A stretch of DNA of 64,000 bases from Promethearchaeota archaeon (GTDB lineage: Archaea; Asgardarchaeota; Lokiarchaeia; Sigyniarchaeales; SOKP01), in the NCBI GenBank assembly GCA_048941265.1, contig JBHLNT010000001.1, positions 46,540 through 110,539 of the forward strand. Reading direction: 5' to 3'. A program made the translations under genes and the position numbers. Below are positions 18,821 through 29,128 of the stretch, in pieces (position 1 is the first letter of the stretch; each line of letters starts with the position of its first letter). The notes under the pieces are model-generated. The model worked only from the letters and a program-made list of their open reading frames with translations, was not told where the DNA came from and ran no database searches.

Positions 18821-21541
18821 CTATTGATACTTTTTCTTAAGATATTTATCAATAGCTTTCGCTGTTCTTTTTCCAGCACCCATGGCAGATATCACAGTAG
18901 CACTCCCAGTTACTATATCTCCACCAGCAAATACACCCTCTAGGTTGGACTGACCATTCTCATCAATTTCAATATAACCCCTTTTATTTAATTTTAGATC
19001 AGGGATTGTTTTGATGAGAGTTGGATTGGCTCTAGTTCCAATAGCAATGATAATTGTGTCTGTTTCTATTAGATACTCTGAGCCCTGAATTGATATGGGA
19101 CGCCTTCTCCCAGATTCATCAGATTCTCCTAACTCCATCTTAATTACTTCCATAAACCTTACATTAGCATTCTCATCCCCTAAGAACCGTACTGGATTTG
19201 TTAAAAATTTGAACTCAATCCCTTCCTCTTTAGTATGATGATATTCCTCTTTTCTTGCTGGCATTTCTACTTCGGATCTTCTATAGACGATAACGACTTT
19301 CTCCGCACCTAACCTGAGCGCTGTTCTTGCGGAATCTAAAGCTACGTTACCTCCTCCTATAACAGTTACTATTTTGCCAATTTTAATTGGTGTATCATAA
19401 TCAGGAAATCTATAAGCTTTCATTAAATTTGATCTTGTAAGAAATTCATTTGCCGTTAAAACACCGTTTAAATTTAATCCCTCAACATCCATAAGTATCG
19501 GTAATCCTGCACCAACTCCTATAAAAAATGCTTTAAATCCCATTTCTTTTAAATCCTCAAGATCTAAGGTCTTACCAATAAGAGTATTATATTGAATTTT
19601 GACATTTAGCATTTTTAATGTTTCAATTTCATCATTTACAATTTCTTTTGGCAATCTAAATTCAGGGATGCCATAGGTGAGCACACCACCTCCAGTATGG
19701 AATGCTTCAAAAATGGTAACATCATATCCTTCCATCGCTAATGTTCCGGCACATGTTATACCAGCAGGGCCTGAACCAATTACAGCAACTTTAATATCAT
19801 TAGGGAGTTTACAATCAGGACATTCTTTAAGTCTATTAGTTCTTTCCCAATCAGCAATAAATCTCTCCAAATAACCTATAGCTATAGGCTCTCCCAAAGT
19901 ATTTAATATACAAGTTTGTTCACATTGTATCTCCTGTGGACATACTCTTCCACAAATCGCAGGTAATAAATTGCGTGATTTAATTTCTCGAAGTGCTTCA
20001 AAATATTTCTCTTCTTTTAAAAGATTTATAAATTTAGGAATTCTAATCTTTACAGGACACCCTTCTACACAAAGAGGTTTACCACATTGTAAACACCTAT
20101 AGGTTTCTAATTTAACCATCTCTGTAGTTAAACCCTTAGAAACTTCTTCAAAGTTTGTAATTCTTATATCTGATTCTTGCTCAATCATGTAAGGCCTATG
20201 AAGCTTTCTATATTTATTAATTTTCGACTCCGCTATTCCACTAAGATTAATAAAATTTTTATTATCCTCCTGCATTTCGCGTGCAATAATCATATTCAGA
20301 TCTAATGCTTTTTGAAAAAATTCTGCACCCTTTTCAGTTCGAATTATCACAGTAGACCATCCATTCCCAGATCCAGCAGAGCCAACTGAAATATCGGCTT
20401 GTTCAGCTGTAAAATCATCACAATAGAAACAACCAAATCGACCATATTTTTTAATTCTTTCTATTGGTATATCATAAACTTTGTTATTTTTATTATAGAT
20501 AATAAATCTCTCTTTAGTGATGTCCATCTTCTTGATATCCCCCGGTCTACGTAGAAACTCGTTCTTTAAAAGTTCCACAATTTTCACATAGTCAAACGAT
20601 TCCATGCAAAAAACTCCGATCTTAATTACAATATTGTCATAAAATGATTTATTTAATGGATAGAAAGACATTTTTTTTAGTGCCTCCATTATACAAGGAG
20701 TGCCCACCACAGCAATATTCTGGTAATCCTTTAAATCATGTAAAATCTTTAAAGTAGGAGAATTTGTATATTTAGTACCCGCAGTTTTTAAAAGATCTTG
20801 TTCATTTTCGATAAATACTGGCATAGGTTTTAATGGTTCTACTGCAGTTCCAATAGCTAAAGCTCCATTAATCAACTTTTGTTGAAACGCCATTTTTAAT
20901 AATGATGTGACTACTCCCCCATCTTGAGCAACTCTTTTTATTTGAGTATTAGTTGTTTGAGCTATGTAGATATTATGATAGTAATTAAATTGTTCCAAAT
21001 ACTTTAAAACTGTAGAGCTGCTTTTTTGAGATCTTTTTAAAGTCATAGGAAAGAAAGCTCGTGGACAACAAGTATAACATAATCCACAATCAATGCAAGC
21101 ATCGTAATCAATTTCAAAAGTACTCTCATCATAAGCTATAGCTTCTATAGGACAGATTGATACACATAATCCACAGCCACAACAAAGATACGTTTCTCTA
21201 ATTAAGGAAGCATTAGGAAAAATTCTCTTTTTTTCAAATTCATCAATTTTTTCTTGGAAGAATCTCGGATTTTTACCAACATTTTCTAATAATCCTAATT
21301 CTTTTAAATACTCTAAATTATAGATTAAAAATTGTCTGGATAGATTTAATTCATTTTTAAGATTTTGAATGTCTATAATACCATGTTCCTTGATTTTTTC
21401 TAGAATTCTATATCTCTCTTGCTCAGCATCAATTACAGATTTAATGAAATTTTCATATTCAATTTCATTATATTTTCCTGCTTTTAGGATTTTATTTTTA
21501 TTATTTAAAAGTATTTGGATTAAAGGAGTCTGTTCTTCCAT
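18821..21541 (-). CDS. fusion: wHTH-like + 2[4Fe-4S] ferredoxin + FrhB (F420-binding) + NfnB/GltD NADPH flavoprotein (copy 2)
   Basis: CCGCGLCVSICP, CIDCGLCYTCCP; AQDGG, AGTKY, VGTPC, GVFCMESF, ADISVG; CLQC, CGRVCPQEIQCE, GSGPAG, GGGNVALD, AGGDIVTG. Confidence 0.9.
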   Translation of the reverse strand: MEEQTPLIQILLNNKNKILKAGKYNEIEYENFIKSVIDAEQERYRILEKIKEHGIIDIQNLKNELNLSRQFLIYNLEYLKELGLLENVGKNPRFFQEKIDEFEKKRIFPNASLIRETYLCCGCGLCVSICPIEAIAYDESTFEIDYDACIDCGLCYTCCPRAFFPMTLKRSQKSSSTVLKYLEQFNYYHNIYIAQTTNTQIKRVAQDGGVVTSLLKMAFQQKLINGALAIGTAVEPLKPMPVFIENEQDLLKTAGTKYTNSPTLKILHDLKDYQNIAVVGTPCIMEALKKMSFYPLNKSFYDNIVIKIGVFCMESFDYVKIVELLKNEFLRRPGDIKKMDITKERFIIYNKNNKVYDIPIERIKKYGRFGCFYCDDFTAEQADISVGSAGSGNGWSTVIIRTEKGAEFFQKALDLNMIIAREMQEDNKNFINLSGIAESKINKYRKLHRPYMIEQESDIRITNFEEVSKGLTTEMVKLETYRCLQCGKPLCVEGCPVKIRIPKFINLLKEEKYFEALREIKSRNLLPAICGRVCPQEIQCEQTCILNTLGEPIAIGYLERFIADWERTNRLKECPDCKLPNDIKVAVIGSGPAGITCAGTLAMEGYDVTIFEAFHTGGGVLTYGIPEFRLPKEIVNDEIETLKMLNVKIQYNTLIGKTLDLEDLKEMGFKAFFIGVGAGLPILMDVEGLNLNGVLTANEFLTRSNLMKAYRFPDYDTPIKIGKIVTVIGGGNVALDSARTALRLGAEKVVIVYRRSEVEMPARKEEYHHTKEEGIEFKFLTNPVRFLGDENANVRFMEVIKMELGESDESGRRRPISIQGSEYLIETDTIIIAIGTRANPTLIKTIPDLKLNKRGYIEIDENGQSNLEGVFAGGDIVTGSATVISAMGAGKRTAKAIDKYLKKKYQ

Positions 21542-21589
21542 TTTTAGATACCTTAACTTTAATCTAAGATACCTTACTTTTGTACTTTT

Positions 21590-24316
21590 CTAATGTTTTT
21601 TGAAATATTTACTCTTTAGATATTTATCAATAGATTTCGCAGCCCTTTTTCCAGCTCCCATAGCGGAAATTACAGTAGCACTTCCAGTTACTATGTCTCC
21701 CCCCGCAAATACTCCTTCTAAATTAGTTTGACCATTCTCATCAATTTCTATGTAACCCCACTTATTTAATTTTAATTCTGGAATCGATTTAGTTAGAATG
21801 GGATTGGCTCTGGTTCCAATAGCAACAATGATCGTGTCGGTTTCTATTAAAAATTCTGAACCTTGAATTGGTACGGGGCGCCTTCTTCCAGATTCATCAG
21901 GTTCTCCTAATTCCATTTTAATTACTTCCATAAACCTTACATTAGCATTCTCATCACCTAAAAATCTTACTGGATCTGTTAAAAAATTGAATTCAATCCC
22001 CTCTTCTTTAGCATGATGATATTCTTCTTTTCTTGCTGGCATTTCTACTTCTGACCTTCTATAAACGATAATTACTCTATCTGCACCAAGCCTGAGGGCG
22101 GTTCTTGCTGAATCCAAAGCTACATTGCCTCCTCCTATAACAGTAACAGTTTTTCCAATTTTGATGGGAGTATCATAATCAGGAAATTTGTATGCTTTCA
22201 TCAGATTTGCCCGTGTAAGAAATTCATTTGCCGTTAATACCCCGTTTAAATTTAATCCATTCACCTTTATAAACATCGGTAATCCTGCACCAACTCCTAA
22301 AAAAAATGCTTTAAATCCCATTTCTTTTAAATCCTCAAGTTCTAAAGTCTTTCCTATTATAGCATTATAGTGAATTTTCACATTTAGCATCTTTAATGTT
22401 TCAATTTCATCTTTTACAATTTCTTTTGGTAATCTAAATTCAGGTATTCCATAGGTGAGTACCCCTCCTCCAGCATGGAATGCTTCAAAAATAGTAACAT
22501 CATAGCCTTCCATCGCAAGTGATCCAGCGCATGTTAAACCTGCTGGACCTGAACCAATTATTGCTACCTTTATACCATTGGGAGGTTTACAATCTGGACA
22601 TTCTTTAAGTTTATTATTTCTTTCCCAGTCAGCAATAAATCGTTCTAAATAACCTATAGCAACAGGTTCACCCAAATCGTTTAATAAACATTGTTTTTCA
22701 CATTGAATTTCTTGAGGGCAAACTCTTCCACAAATCGCAGGTAATAGATTTCGTGATTTAATTTCGTGAATAGCTTCTATAAATTTCTCTTCTCTTAAGA
22801 GTTTTATAAAGTTAGGGATTCTGATATTTACAGGACAGCCAATAATACATTGAGGATTCCCACATTGCAAGCATCTCTGAGTTTCTAATCTTATCATCTC
22901 TAAAGTTAAACCTTTAGGAACTTCTTCAAAATTAGTGGTTCTAATACTTGGCTCTTGTTCAATCATTTTTGGTCTGTGTAGCGTCTTATACATCTTTAAC
23001 TTAGACTTTGCTATCCTACTTAGAGATTTAAAACTTTTACTTTCTTCATCTATTTTCTTATTTATTATCATGTGGGATTCGATTGCTTTTTGAAAAAACT
23101 CGGCCCCTTTTTTTGTACGAATAATTACTGTTGACCAACCTGGTTCGGAACCAATAGAACCAACCGAAATATCGGCTTGTTCTGATGTTAAATCATCACA
23201 GAAGAAACATCCAAATCTAGCATATTTCTTGATTCTTTTTATGGGAATATCAAACATAGAATCATTATTTTGATATATGATTAATTTTCCCTGATTGATA
23301 TCCATTTTTCTAATATCTTTTGGAGATTGGTGGAACTCATTCTTTAACATTTTAATGATATTCTCATAATCAAATGATTCCATACAAAATAAACCTATTT
23401 TAAGAACAATGTTATCATAAAATGGCTTATTATTGGGATAAAATGTGAGTTTCTTTAGGGCTTCCATTATACATGGAGTTCCTACAACTGCCAATCTTTT
23501 AATATTCCTGTATCCGTGAAGGATTTGCAGCATTGGAGAATTTGTATATTTAGTTCCTGCTGTTTTTAAGAGATCTTCCTCATTTTCAATTAATAAAGAC
23601 CGTGGTTCCAGTGGTTGATCTCCTAATCCTACAGCTAGAGCTCCATCTATTAAATTTTGTTGAAAGGCCATTTTAAGCAGTGTAGTAACTATTCCACCAT
23701 CTTGAGCAACTTTCTTTATACGAGAATCAGTGGTTTGGGTGGTATAAATTTCTTGAAAGTAATTTATTTGTTCTAAATATTTAATGTTAGGAATATTTTC
23801 TTGGGATCTTTTCATTTCCATAGGAAAAAAGGTACGTGGACAACACGCATAGCATAGTCCACAATCAATACATATTTTATCATCAATTTCAAAAGTTCCT
23901 TTACCGTAACTAATTGCATCAACAGGGCAGACTGAAACGCATAAACCACAGCCACAACAGAGCTTTTTCTCTCTAATTATTAAAGCGTTAGGGAAGATTT
24001 GATTTTTTTTGAATATATCAATTGTCTCTTGAAAAAATCTTGGTGTTTCGCCAATAAAATTTAAACATCCACATGCCTTTAGATATTCAATGTTGTATAA
24101 TAGCGTTTTTTCAGATAAATTTAACTCTTTTCTCAATCTTTCAATATCTAATGTTCCTAATTCTTCAATTTTTTTTAAAATTAAAGTTCTCTCTCTTTCG
24201 GCTTGAGATAATGAATTAACTAAGTCGTTGTATTCCGTTTCATTATATTTTCCAGCATGTAGTATTTTTTCTTTATTATTAATTAACAAATTAATTAAAG
24301 CAACTTCTCTTTCCAT
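21590..24316 (-). CDS. fusion: wHTH-like + 2[4Fe-4S] ferredoxin + FrhB + NfnB/GltD (copy 1); likely start MEREV at 24316 (tracked 24331)
   Basis: Same motif set as copy 2; GAGG SD-like element before ATG 24316. Confidence 0.9.
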   Translation of the reverse strand: MEREVALINLLINNKEKILHAGKYNETEYNDLVNSLSQAERERTLILKKIEELGTLDIERLRKELNLSEKTLLYNIEYLKACGCLNFIGETPRFFQETIDIFKKNQIFPNALIIREKKLCCGCGLCVSVCPVDAISYGKGTFEIDDKICIDCGLCYACCPRTFFPMEMKRSQENIPNIKYLEQINYFQEIYTTQTTDSRIKKVAQDGGIVTTLLKMAFQQNLIDGALAVGLGDQPLEPRSLLIENEEDLLKTAGTKYTNSPMLQILHGYRNIKRLAVVGTPCIMEALKKLTFYPNNKPFYDNIVLKIGLFCMESFDYENIIKMLKNEFHQSPKDIRKMDINQGKLIIYQNNDSMFDIPIKRIKKYARFGCFFCDDLTSEQADISVGSIGSEPGWSTVIIRTKKGAEFFQKAIESHMIINKKIDEESKSFKSLSRIAKSKLKMYKTLHRPKMIEQEPSIRTTNFEEVPKGLTLEMIRLETQRCLQCGNPQCIIGCPVNIRIPNFIKLLREEKFIEAIHEIKSRNLLPAICGRVCPQEIQCEKQCLLNDLGEPVAIGYLERFIADWERNNKLKECPDCKPPNGIKVAIIGSGPAGLTCAGSLAMEGYDVTIFEAFHAGGGVLTYGIPEFRLPKEIVKDEIETLKMLNVKIHYNAIIGKTLELEDLKEMGFKAFFLGVGAGLPMFIKVNGLNLNGVLTANEFLTRANLMKAYKFPDYDTPIKIGKTVTVIGGGNVALDSARTALRLGADRVIIVYRRSEVEMPARKEEYHHAKEEGIEFNFLTDPVRFLGDENANVRFMEVIKMELGEPDESGRRRPVPIQGSEFLIETDTIIVAIGTRANPILTKSIPELKLNKWGYIEIDENGQTNLEGVFAGGDIVTGSATVISAMGAGKRAAKSIDKYLKSKYFKKH

Positions 24317-24317
24317 T

Positions 24318-25202
24318 TTAAGATGCCTCACTTTCGTATTTTTCTAAGGCTCTGCATTCTCGATCATAGCACTCCGCTGACATTTTCTCTTGATCAAGAA
24401 ATCTATTTGCGCGTTTTAAAAGATTATCAAAATCAACTATATGTCCATCAACATCTGGACCATCAACACAGGCAAAATAAATATCACCATCGAGTGTTGA
24501 AAATCGACATCCACCACACATTCCAGTTCCATCAATCATTATTGTATTCAAAGAAACATATGTTTTTACTTTAGGAAAATTTCCAGATCCATTAGTTGTA
24601 AGAGTAACATACTTCATCATAATTAAAGGTCCAATTGCGATAACAAGACTAATCTTCTCTCGCATAATTAGTTCCTTAAGTGGTTCAGTGACAACTCCTT
24701 TTATCCCCTCACTTCCATCGTCAGTACAGATGATCAATTCATCACTTACTGAACGCATTTTTTCTCTCCAAAACAATAAATCCTTGTTTCTTGCACCTAT
24801 TATTGTTATAATTTTATTTCCTGCTTCTTTTAATTCCTTTGCTTGAGGATAACAAGGCGCAATTCCAATACCACCGCCTATAATGACAACCGGATATTCA
24901 TATTTTTCAATATGAATTTTATTTCCAAGAGGTCCCACAATATCAAGAATCTCATCTCCCACGTTTTGATGAGAAAGTAATTTTGTACTTTTTCCAACAA
25001 CTTGGACTACTATGGTTATGGTTCCCTTTTCTCGATCATAATCTGCTATAGTTAAAGGAAACCGTTCACCCGTCTCATTAATTCTTATTAGAATAAAATT
25101 TCCTCCATGAGCTTTTCTTGATATGAGTGGCGTATCTAATACCATTTCATATACTTGACCACTATTCCCAAGTTCTCGTTTTTCTAAAATTTTAAAAGGC
25201 AA
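24318..25202 (-). CDS. nfnA: NfnA/SudB-type FAD/NAD-binding [2Fe-2S] subunit of electron-bifurcating transhydrogenase
   Basis: ERFPLTIAD, GPLG, GGGIGIAP, DGTGMCGGCR...CVDGP. Confidence 0.88.
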   Translation of the reverse strand: MPFKILEKRELGNSGQVYEMVLDTPLISRKAHGGNFILIRINETGERFPLTIADYDREKGTITIVVQVVGKSTKLLSHQNVGDEILDIVGPLGNKIHIEKYEYPVVIIGGGIGIAPCYPQAKELKEAGNKIITIIGARNKDLLFWREKMRSVSDELIICTDDGSEGIKGVVTEPLKELIMREKISLVIAIGPLIMMKYVTLTTNGSGNFPKVKTYVSLNTIMIDGTGMCGGCRFSTLDGDIYFACVDGPDVDGHIVDFDNLLKRANRFLDQEKMSAECYDRECRALEKYESEAS

Positions 25203-25357
25203 TACTTTTTCCCCTTTTAGTTTAAAATACTTCCAAATTCTAAGAATTCTAAAATTATTTTGATTTTTTTAAATTTTTGATTATGATTTAGAAGAAAAAT
25301 TCAAAAAGAAAAAACTTTTTCTGTAGTTGATATTTGAAATTTTATCTTTTTCTAAAG

Positions 25358-28114
25358 TTATAATAGCCATAACATCTTTCCTATAAATGTTGTCAAATCA
25401 ATGACTTTAAGTTTATTTTTTAACTCGATATGTTCATTTAAATAACAATTAAAATGAGCTAGGCATTTTGGACAACTAACGATTAAGTATTCTGCACCTG
25501 TATCTATTGCTTCATTTATTCTCTGAGCCTGTAGAACCTTAGAATACTCATTACAGGTAATATAAGCAGCAACACCACAACAGGAAGCATCCTTTTTATT
25601 ATTTTCCATTTCTTTAAATTCAATAAATGGAAGCTTCTCTAATATTTCCCGTGGAGCATCATAGATATTGCTCATTCGACCTAGTCTGCACGCATCGTGA
25701 TAAGTTATTTTGATCTTCTCTCTTGGAGGAAATTTTAAGCCATCCAATAGATTTTCCTTCAGAATGTATTCAGTAATATGATAGATTTCAAAATCAAATT
25801 GAGAACTCCCCTTAAATAGTTTTTTATACTCATACTTCCAAGTATAATATCCTTCTGCACAGCTAAATATTATTGTCTTAACGCCAGCATCTTTAAACAA
25901 TTGGACGTTATATTTCGCCAATTTTTCAAAGGTATTTATATCTCCAACCCAAAGACTATCATGTCCACAGCATTTTTCTTCTGGTAAAACAACCGGGATA
26001 ATATCTTTTTGATTTAGAAGTCCTATTACTGCTTTAGGTATTTCTAAATAATCTAAAAGATTTCGATAATGAATATTTGGATGTTCGCCATAATGACAAT
26101 GTTGGATATTTGATTCATCACAAGCATTAGAATAAGCAGTAAGATCTTGATCAGTGCTGCAACAAATATTACAACTTAAGCACCTACTTGCTTCTTGGAT
26201 TGCTTGATCTTGGCTTAGCGCGATCTCTACTTCATCAAAAATCTTTATTCTCTCTTCAATTGGTAGCATGTCCATATCTTGTCTAAAAGCCGCTTGAGCG
26301 TATTTTTTGGGCATGGGGGATATTTTGGAATCACCCTTTCTGACCCTATTTTTCCGTAAATCGATGCCCTTCAAAAAACGATCAATTGAAACAGCAGCTT
26401 CATAACCATTTCCTATGGCTTTAATCGCTATACCCTTCCCTCCAATTATATCTCCACCCGCAAAAACTCCAGGAACATTGGTTTCTAAAGTTATATCATC
26501 AGCTTGAATATTACCCCATCTATTGATCTCTAATTTATCTTGAAAAGCCCTTCTTACAGAAGATAATTCTGCTATTTGACCTAAAGCAAGAATCAATATA
26601 TCTAAGTTCATTTTAAATTCTGAGCCCTCAATTGGAACCGGGCTTCTTCTTCCTGATTCATCAGGTTCTCCTAGCTCCATTTGAATACATTCAACTTCAA
26701 TTAGATTCCCCTCTTTATCCCCGTATAGTTTCACAGGATTAGTTAGAAAGTGAAATTCTACACCTTCTTCTTTTGCGGTTTCAATTTCTTCCCTTAAGGC
26801 AGGCATTTCTCTTTCGGAGCGTCTATAAATATCAATAACTTTTTTAGCTCCCAATCTTAGAGCTGTTCTTGCCGAATCTATTGCTGCATTTCCACCTCCT
26901 ACTACACCAACGCTTTTTTCTCTGAAATCAAACTCTTTTTTTAAGATATTTCTATCTTTTAGAAAATCTAAGCTGCCCATAACATTATTAAGATCCTCAC
27001 CCTCAATTTTCATTTTTCGATAATCTTGTAACCCGACTGACAGAAAAAAAGCTTTATATCCCTGATTCTTTAAATCATCATATGTTAAATTGGAACCTAC
27101 TGGAGAATTTGTTTTGATTTCAACACCCATTTTTTCGATAAATTCTATCTCGTAATCTAATATATCATATGGTAATCGATATTTAGGGATACCGGCTCTG
27201 AGCATGCCCCCCTTATAGGATGATTCTTCGAATACAGTAGGTTTATAACCCATTCTAGCTAAATAATATGCAGCTGTCAACCCTGCAGGTCCTGAACCGA
27301 TTATCGCAACTTTTTCTTTAGTTTGTTTGACAGGTTCAATTTCTGATTGGTTTGGATTCTTTAATTCCCAATCTGAAATAAAGCGTTTTAATGCCCGGAT
27401 AGCGACAGGATCATCAATTTCTTTTCGATTACAATAATCTTCACAGGGCTGGGTACAAATTCGTCCACAAACTAACGGGAAAGGATTTTTTTCCCTAATT
27501 AAATCAAGAGCTTCTTGAAATTTTCCTTCACCGATTAAAGAGACATAACCTTGAACATCAACTCCTGCTGGACATGCATTTGAGCAGGGTGCAACCGAAT
27601 TCATAAAAGGGAGACATCCCATAAAATATGCTATTTCTCCCTTATCAGTAATTTTTAAATGAGTATCATCCAAAAACCCAATTTTATTATATATCTCAAT
27701 TTCGTCATTAGCCATTAAATAAGGCAAATTTGAATATAATCTGCCATGATGACACTCCAGTTGTTGATTTTGGAGGGGCTCATACTCAGTAGCTAATGAA
27801 CGTAATTCTAAAATTATCTCTGGGATATTAACCCCTACGTTATCCTTAGTCATTGGGCAATACTCCATGCACTCCCCACAAGTTAAACAATACCAAATAT
27901 TGTGCTTCTCTAATACCTCTTCTGGAGGTAGAAATGTTAAATCATTGATTAAATCCCTTGGATGAAATATTCCTAAATAAGACAAGGGACATACATTCAC
28001 GCATCTGTTACAATTAAAGCAATAATTTGCTGCAGCTCTCACCTTTTCAATAAATTCCTTTGAAATAATTTTTTTTTCCTTATTATGAGTACTTTTATCA
28101 CTTGATTCGGTCAT
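25358..28114 (-). CDS. HdrC/HdrD-type Fe-S/CCG protein with an internal GltD/NfnB-like FAD/NAD(P) module
   Basis: CFNCNRCVNVCP, CLTCGECMEYCP, YFMGC; insert APCSNACP, CGRIC, GSGPAG, GGGNAAID; then CCGHD, FSCAEG, TYHDACRLGR, CCG, SCPKC. Confidence 0.88.
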   Translation of the reverse strand: MTESSDKSTHNKEKKIISKEFIEKVRAAANYCFNCNRCVNVCPLSYLGIFHPRDLINDLTFLPPEEVLEKHNIWYCLTCGECMEYCPMTKDNVGVNIPEIILELRSLATEYEPLQNQQLECHHGRLYSNLPYLMANDEIEIYNKIGFLDDTHLKITDKGEIAYFMGCLPFMNSVAPCSNACPAGVDVQGYVSLIGEGKFQEALDLIREKNPFPLVCGRICTQPCEDYCNRKEIDDPVAIRALKRFISDWELKNPNQSEIEPVKQTKEKVAIIGSGPAGLTAAYYLARMGYKPTVFEESSYKGGMLRAGIPKYRLPYDILDYEIEFIEKMGVEIKTNSPVGSNLTYDDLKNQGYKAFFLSVGLQDYRKMKIEGEDLNNVMGSLDFLKDRNILKKEFDFREKSVGVVGGGNAAIDSARTALRLGAKKVIDIYRRSEREMPALREEIETAKEEGVEFHFLTNPVKLYGDKEGNLIEVECIQMELGEPDESGRRSPVPIEGSEFKMNLDILILALGQIAELSSVRRAFQDKLEINRWGNIQADDITLETNVPGVFAGGDIIGGKGIAIKAIGNGYEAAVSIDRFLKGIDLRKNRVRKGDSKISPMPKKYAQAAFRQDMDMLPIEERIKIFDEVEIALSQDQAIQEASRCLSCNICCSTDQDLTAYSNACDESNIQHCHYGEHPNIHYRNLLDYLEIPKAVIGLLNQKDIIPVVLPEEKCCGHDSLWVGDINTFEKLAKYNVQLFKDAGVKTIIFSCAEGYYTWKYEYKKLFKGSSQFDFEIYHITEYILKENLLDGLKFPPREKIKITYHDACRLGRMSNIYDAPREILEKLPFIEFKEMENNKKDASCCGVAAYITCNEYSKVLQAQRINEAIDTGAEYLIVSCPKCLAHFNCYLNEHIELKNKLKVIDLTTFIGKMLWLL

Positions 28115-28220
28115 TTTTCAAATATAATCATAATTCTCCTTTATTAGTATAATTAAATCGGAATTTTATATGCAATTATTTTAAATATAAATACATCATA
28201 TTAAAAAACAATAAATTATT

Positions 28221-28970
28221 TTGGACAAAACTATAAAAGTAAAAATAGGGATTCATTTGATATCGCAAGTCTTGGATCTCGCAAGATTTCTTTTAAATTT
28301 TATAGTTTTTGCTTTTTATGGAATCGTTTTTATTTTTTTGGCATATAGAGTTATAAAAAGAAATAGAACGAGAATTAGCTTTATAATCACAGGCTTTTAC
28401 TTATCTTGTGGAACAGGTGTCATAGTAGACCTTGTTTATATCATCATTACGCCTCTTATAGAGGATTTAATACTTTTATTTTTATATTTCATTACAGTCT
28501 TCCTTTTAAGCATGTCCTTATGTTTCTTAAACTTATTTGTTATGATGTTATATAAATCAGAAAGGATTTTTACTACACAAATTCAATTACTCTATTTATT
28601 TTTTTTTAGTATATTAATCTTAACACTTTTTCTCATCCCTAATGCTGTTGCTATAAACGAAAGTACAGGTTGGAGACCAAAATGGAGTCTAGTATTTACG
28701 GTTCTCTTTTTGATGATTTGCACTTTTGGAGCGATTATTCCTACTTATTATTATTCCATCAAATTATATCAAAAAATTGAAAACAAAGATTTAAGAAAAA
28801 GATGGCTCTGTTTCATTATTGGAATTTCAGGTTATTTCTTTTTATGTTATGGTACTTCCTATTTTTGTTATTTCGGGCACGTCAATTTAATAATTTGGGC
28901 CATTATAGCTATGCCCTCCTTAATCAATTTATATCTTATCTATTACGGTATTGGACGTCAAATGGAGTAA
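28221..28970 (+). CDS. 7TM integral membrane protein (paralog 1; start uncertain)
   Basis: Seven hydrophobic segments; IPN...INEST.W.P.WS, KRW..FIIG, YYGIG shared with neighbours. Confidence 0.8.
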   Translation: MDKTIKVKIGIHLISQVLDLARFLLNFIVFAFYGIVFIFLAYRVIKRNRTRISFIITGFYLSCGTGVIVDLVYIIITPLIEDLILLFLYFITVFLLSMSLCFLNLFVMMLYKSERIFTTQIQLLYLFFFSILILTLFLIPNAVAINESTGWRPKWSLVFTVLFLMICTFGAIIPTYYYSIKLYQKIENKDLRKRWLCFIIGISGYFFLCYGTSYFCYFGHVNLIIWAIIAMPSLINLYLIYYGIGRQME

Positions 28971-29128
28971 GAATTAAACGTGTTATTTTGCAAATATTTT
29001 ATTACTAAAAATAATCTATCTTTTTAAAGTAAAAGAAATTAGACATAAAAAAAATAAAAATTTTTATTACAAAAACAGTTTATTTATTATATAATTAGGG
29101 ATGGGGTAAGTAATAAATATTTAGACAA

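Noticed and set aside
18821-24331. Calling the two large genes glutamate synthase small subunit or F420 hydrogenase
   Set aside because: No GltB or NiFe large subunit is nearby; adjacency to nfnA and the fusion architecture favour an Nfn-type enzyme
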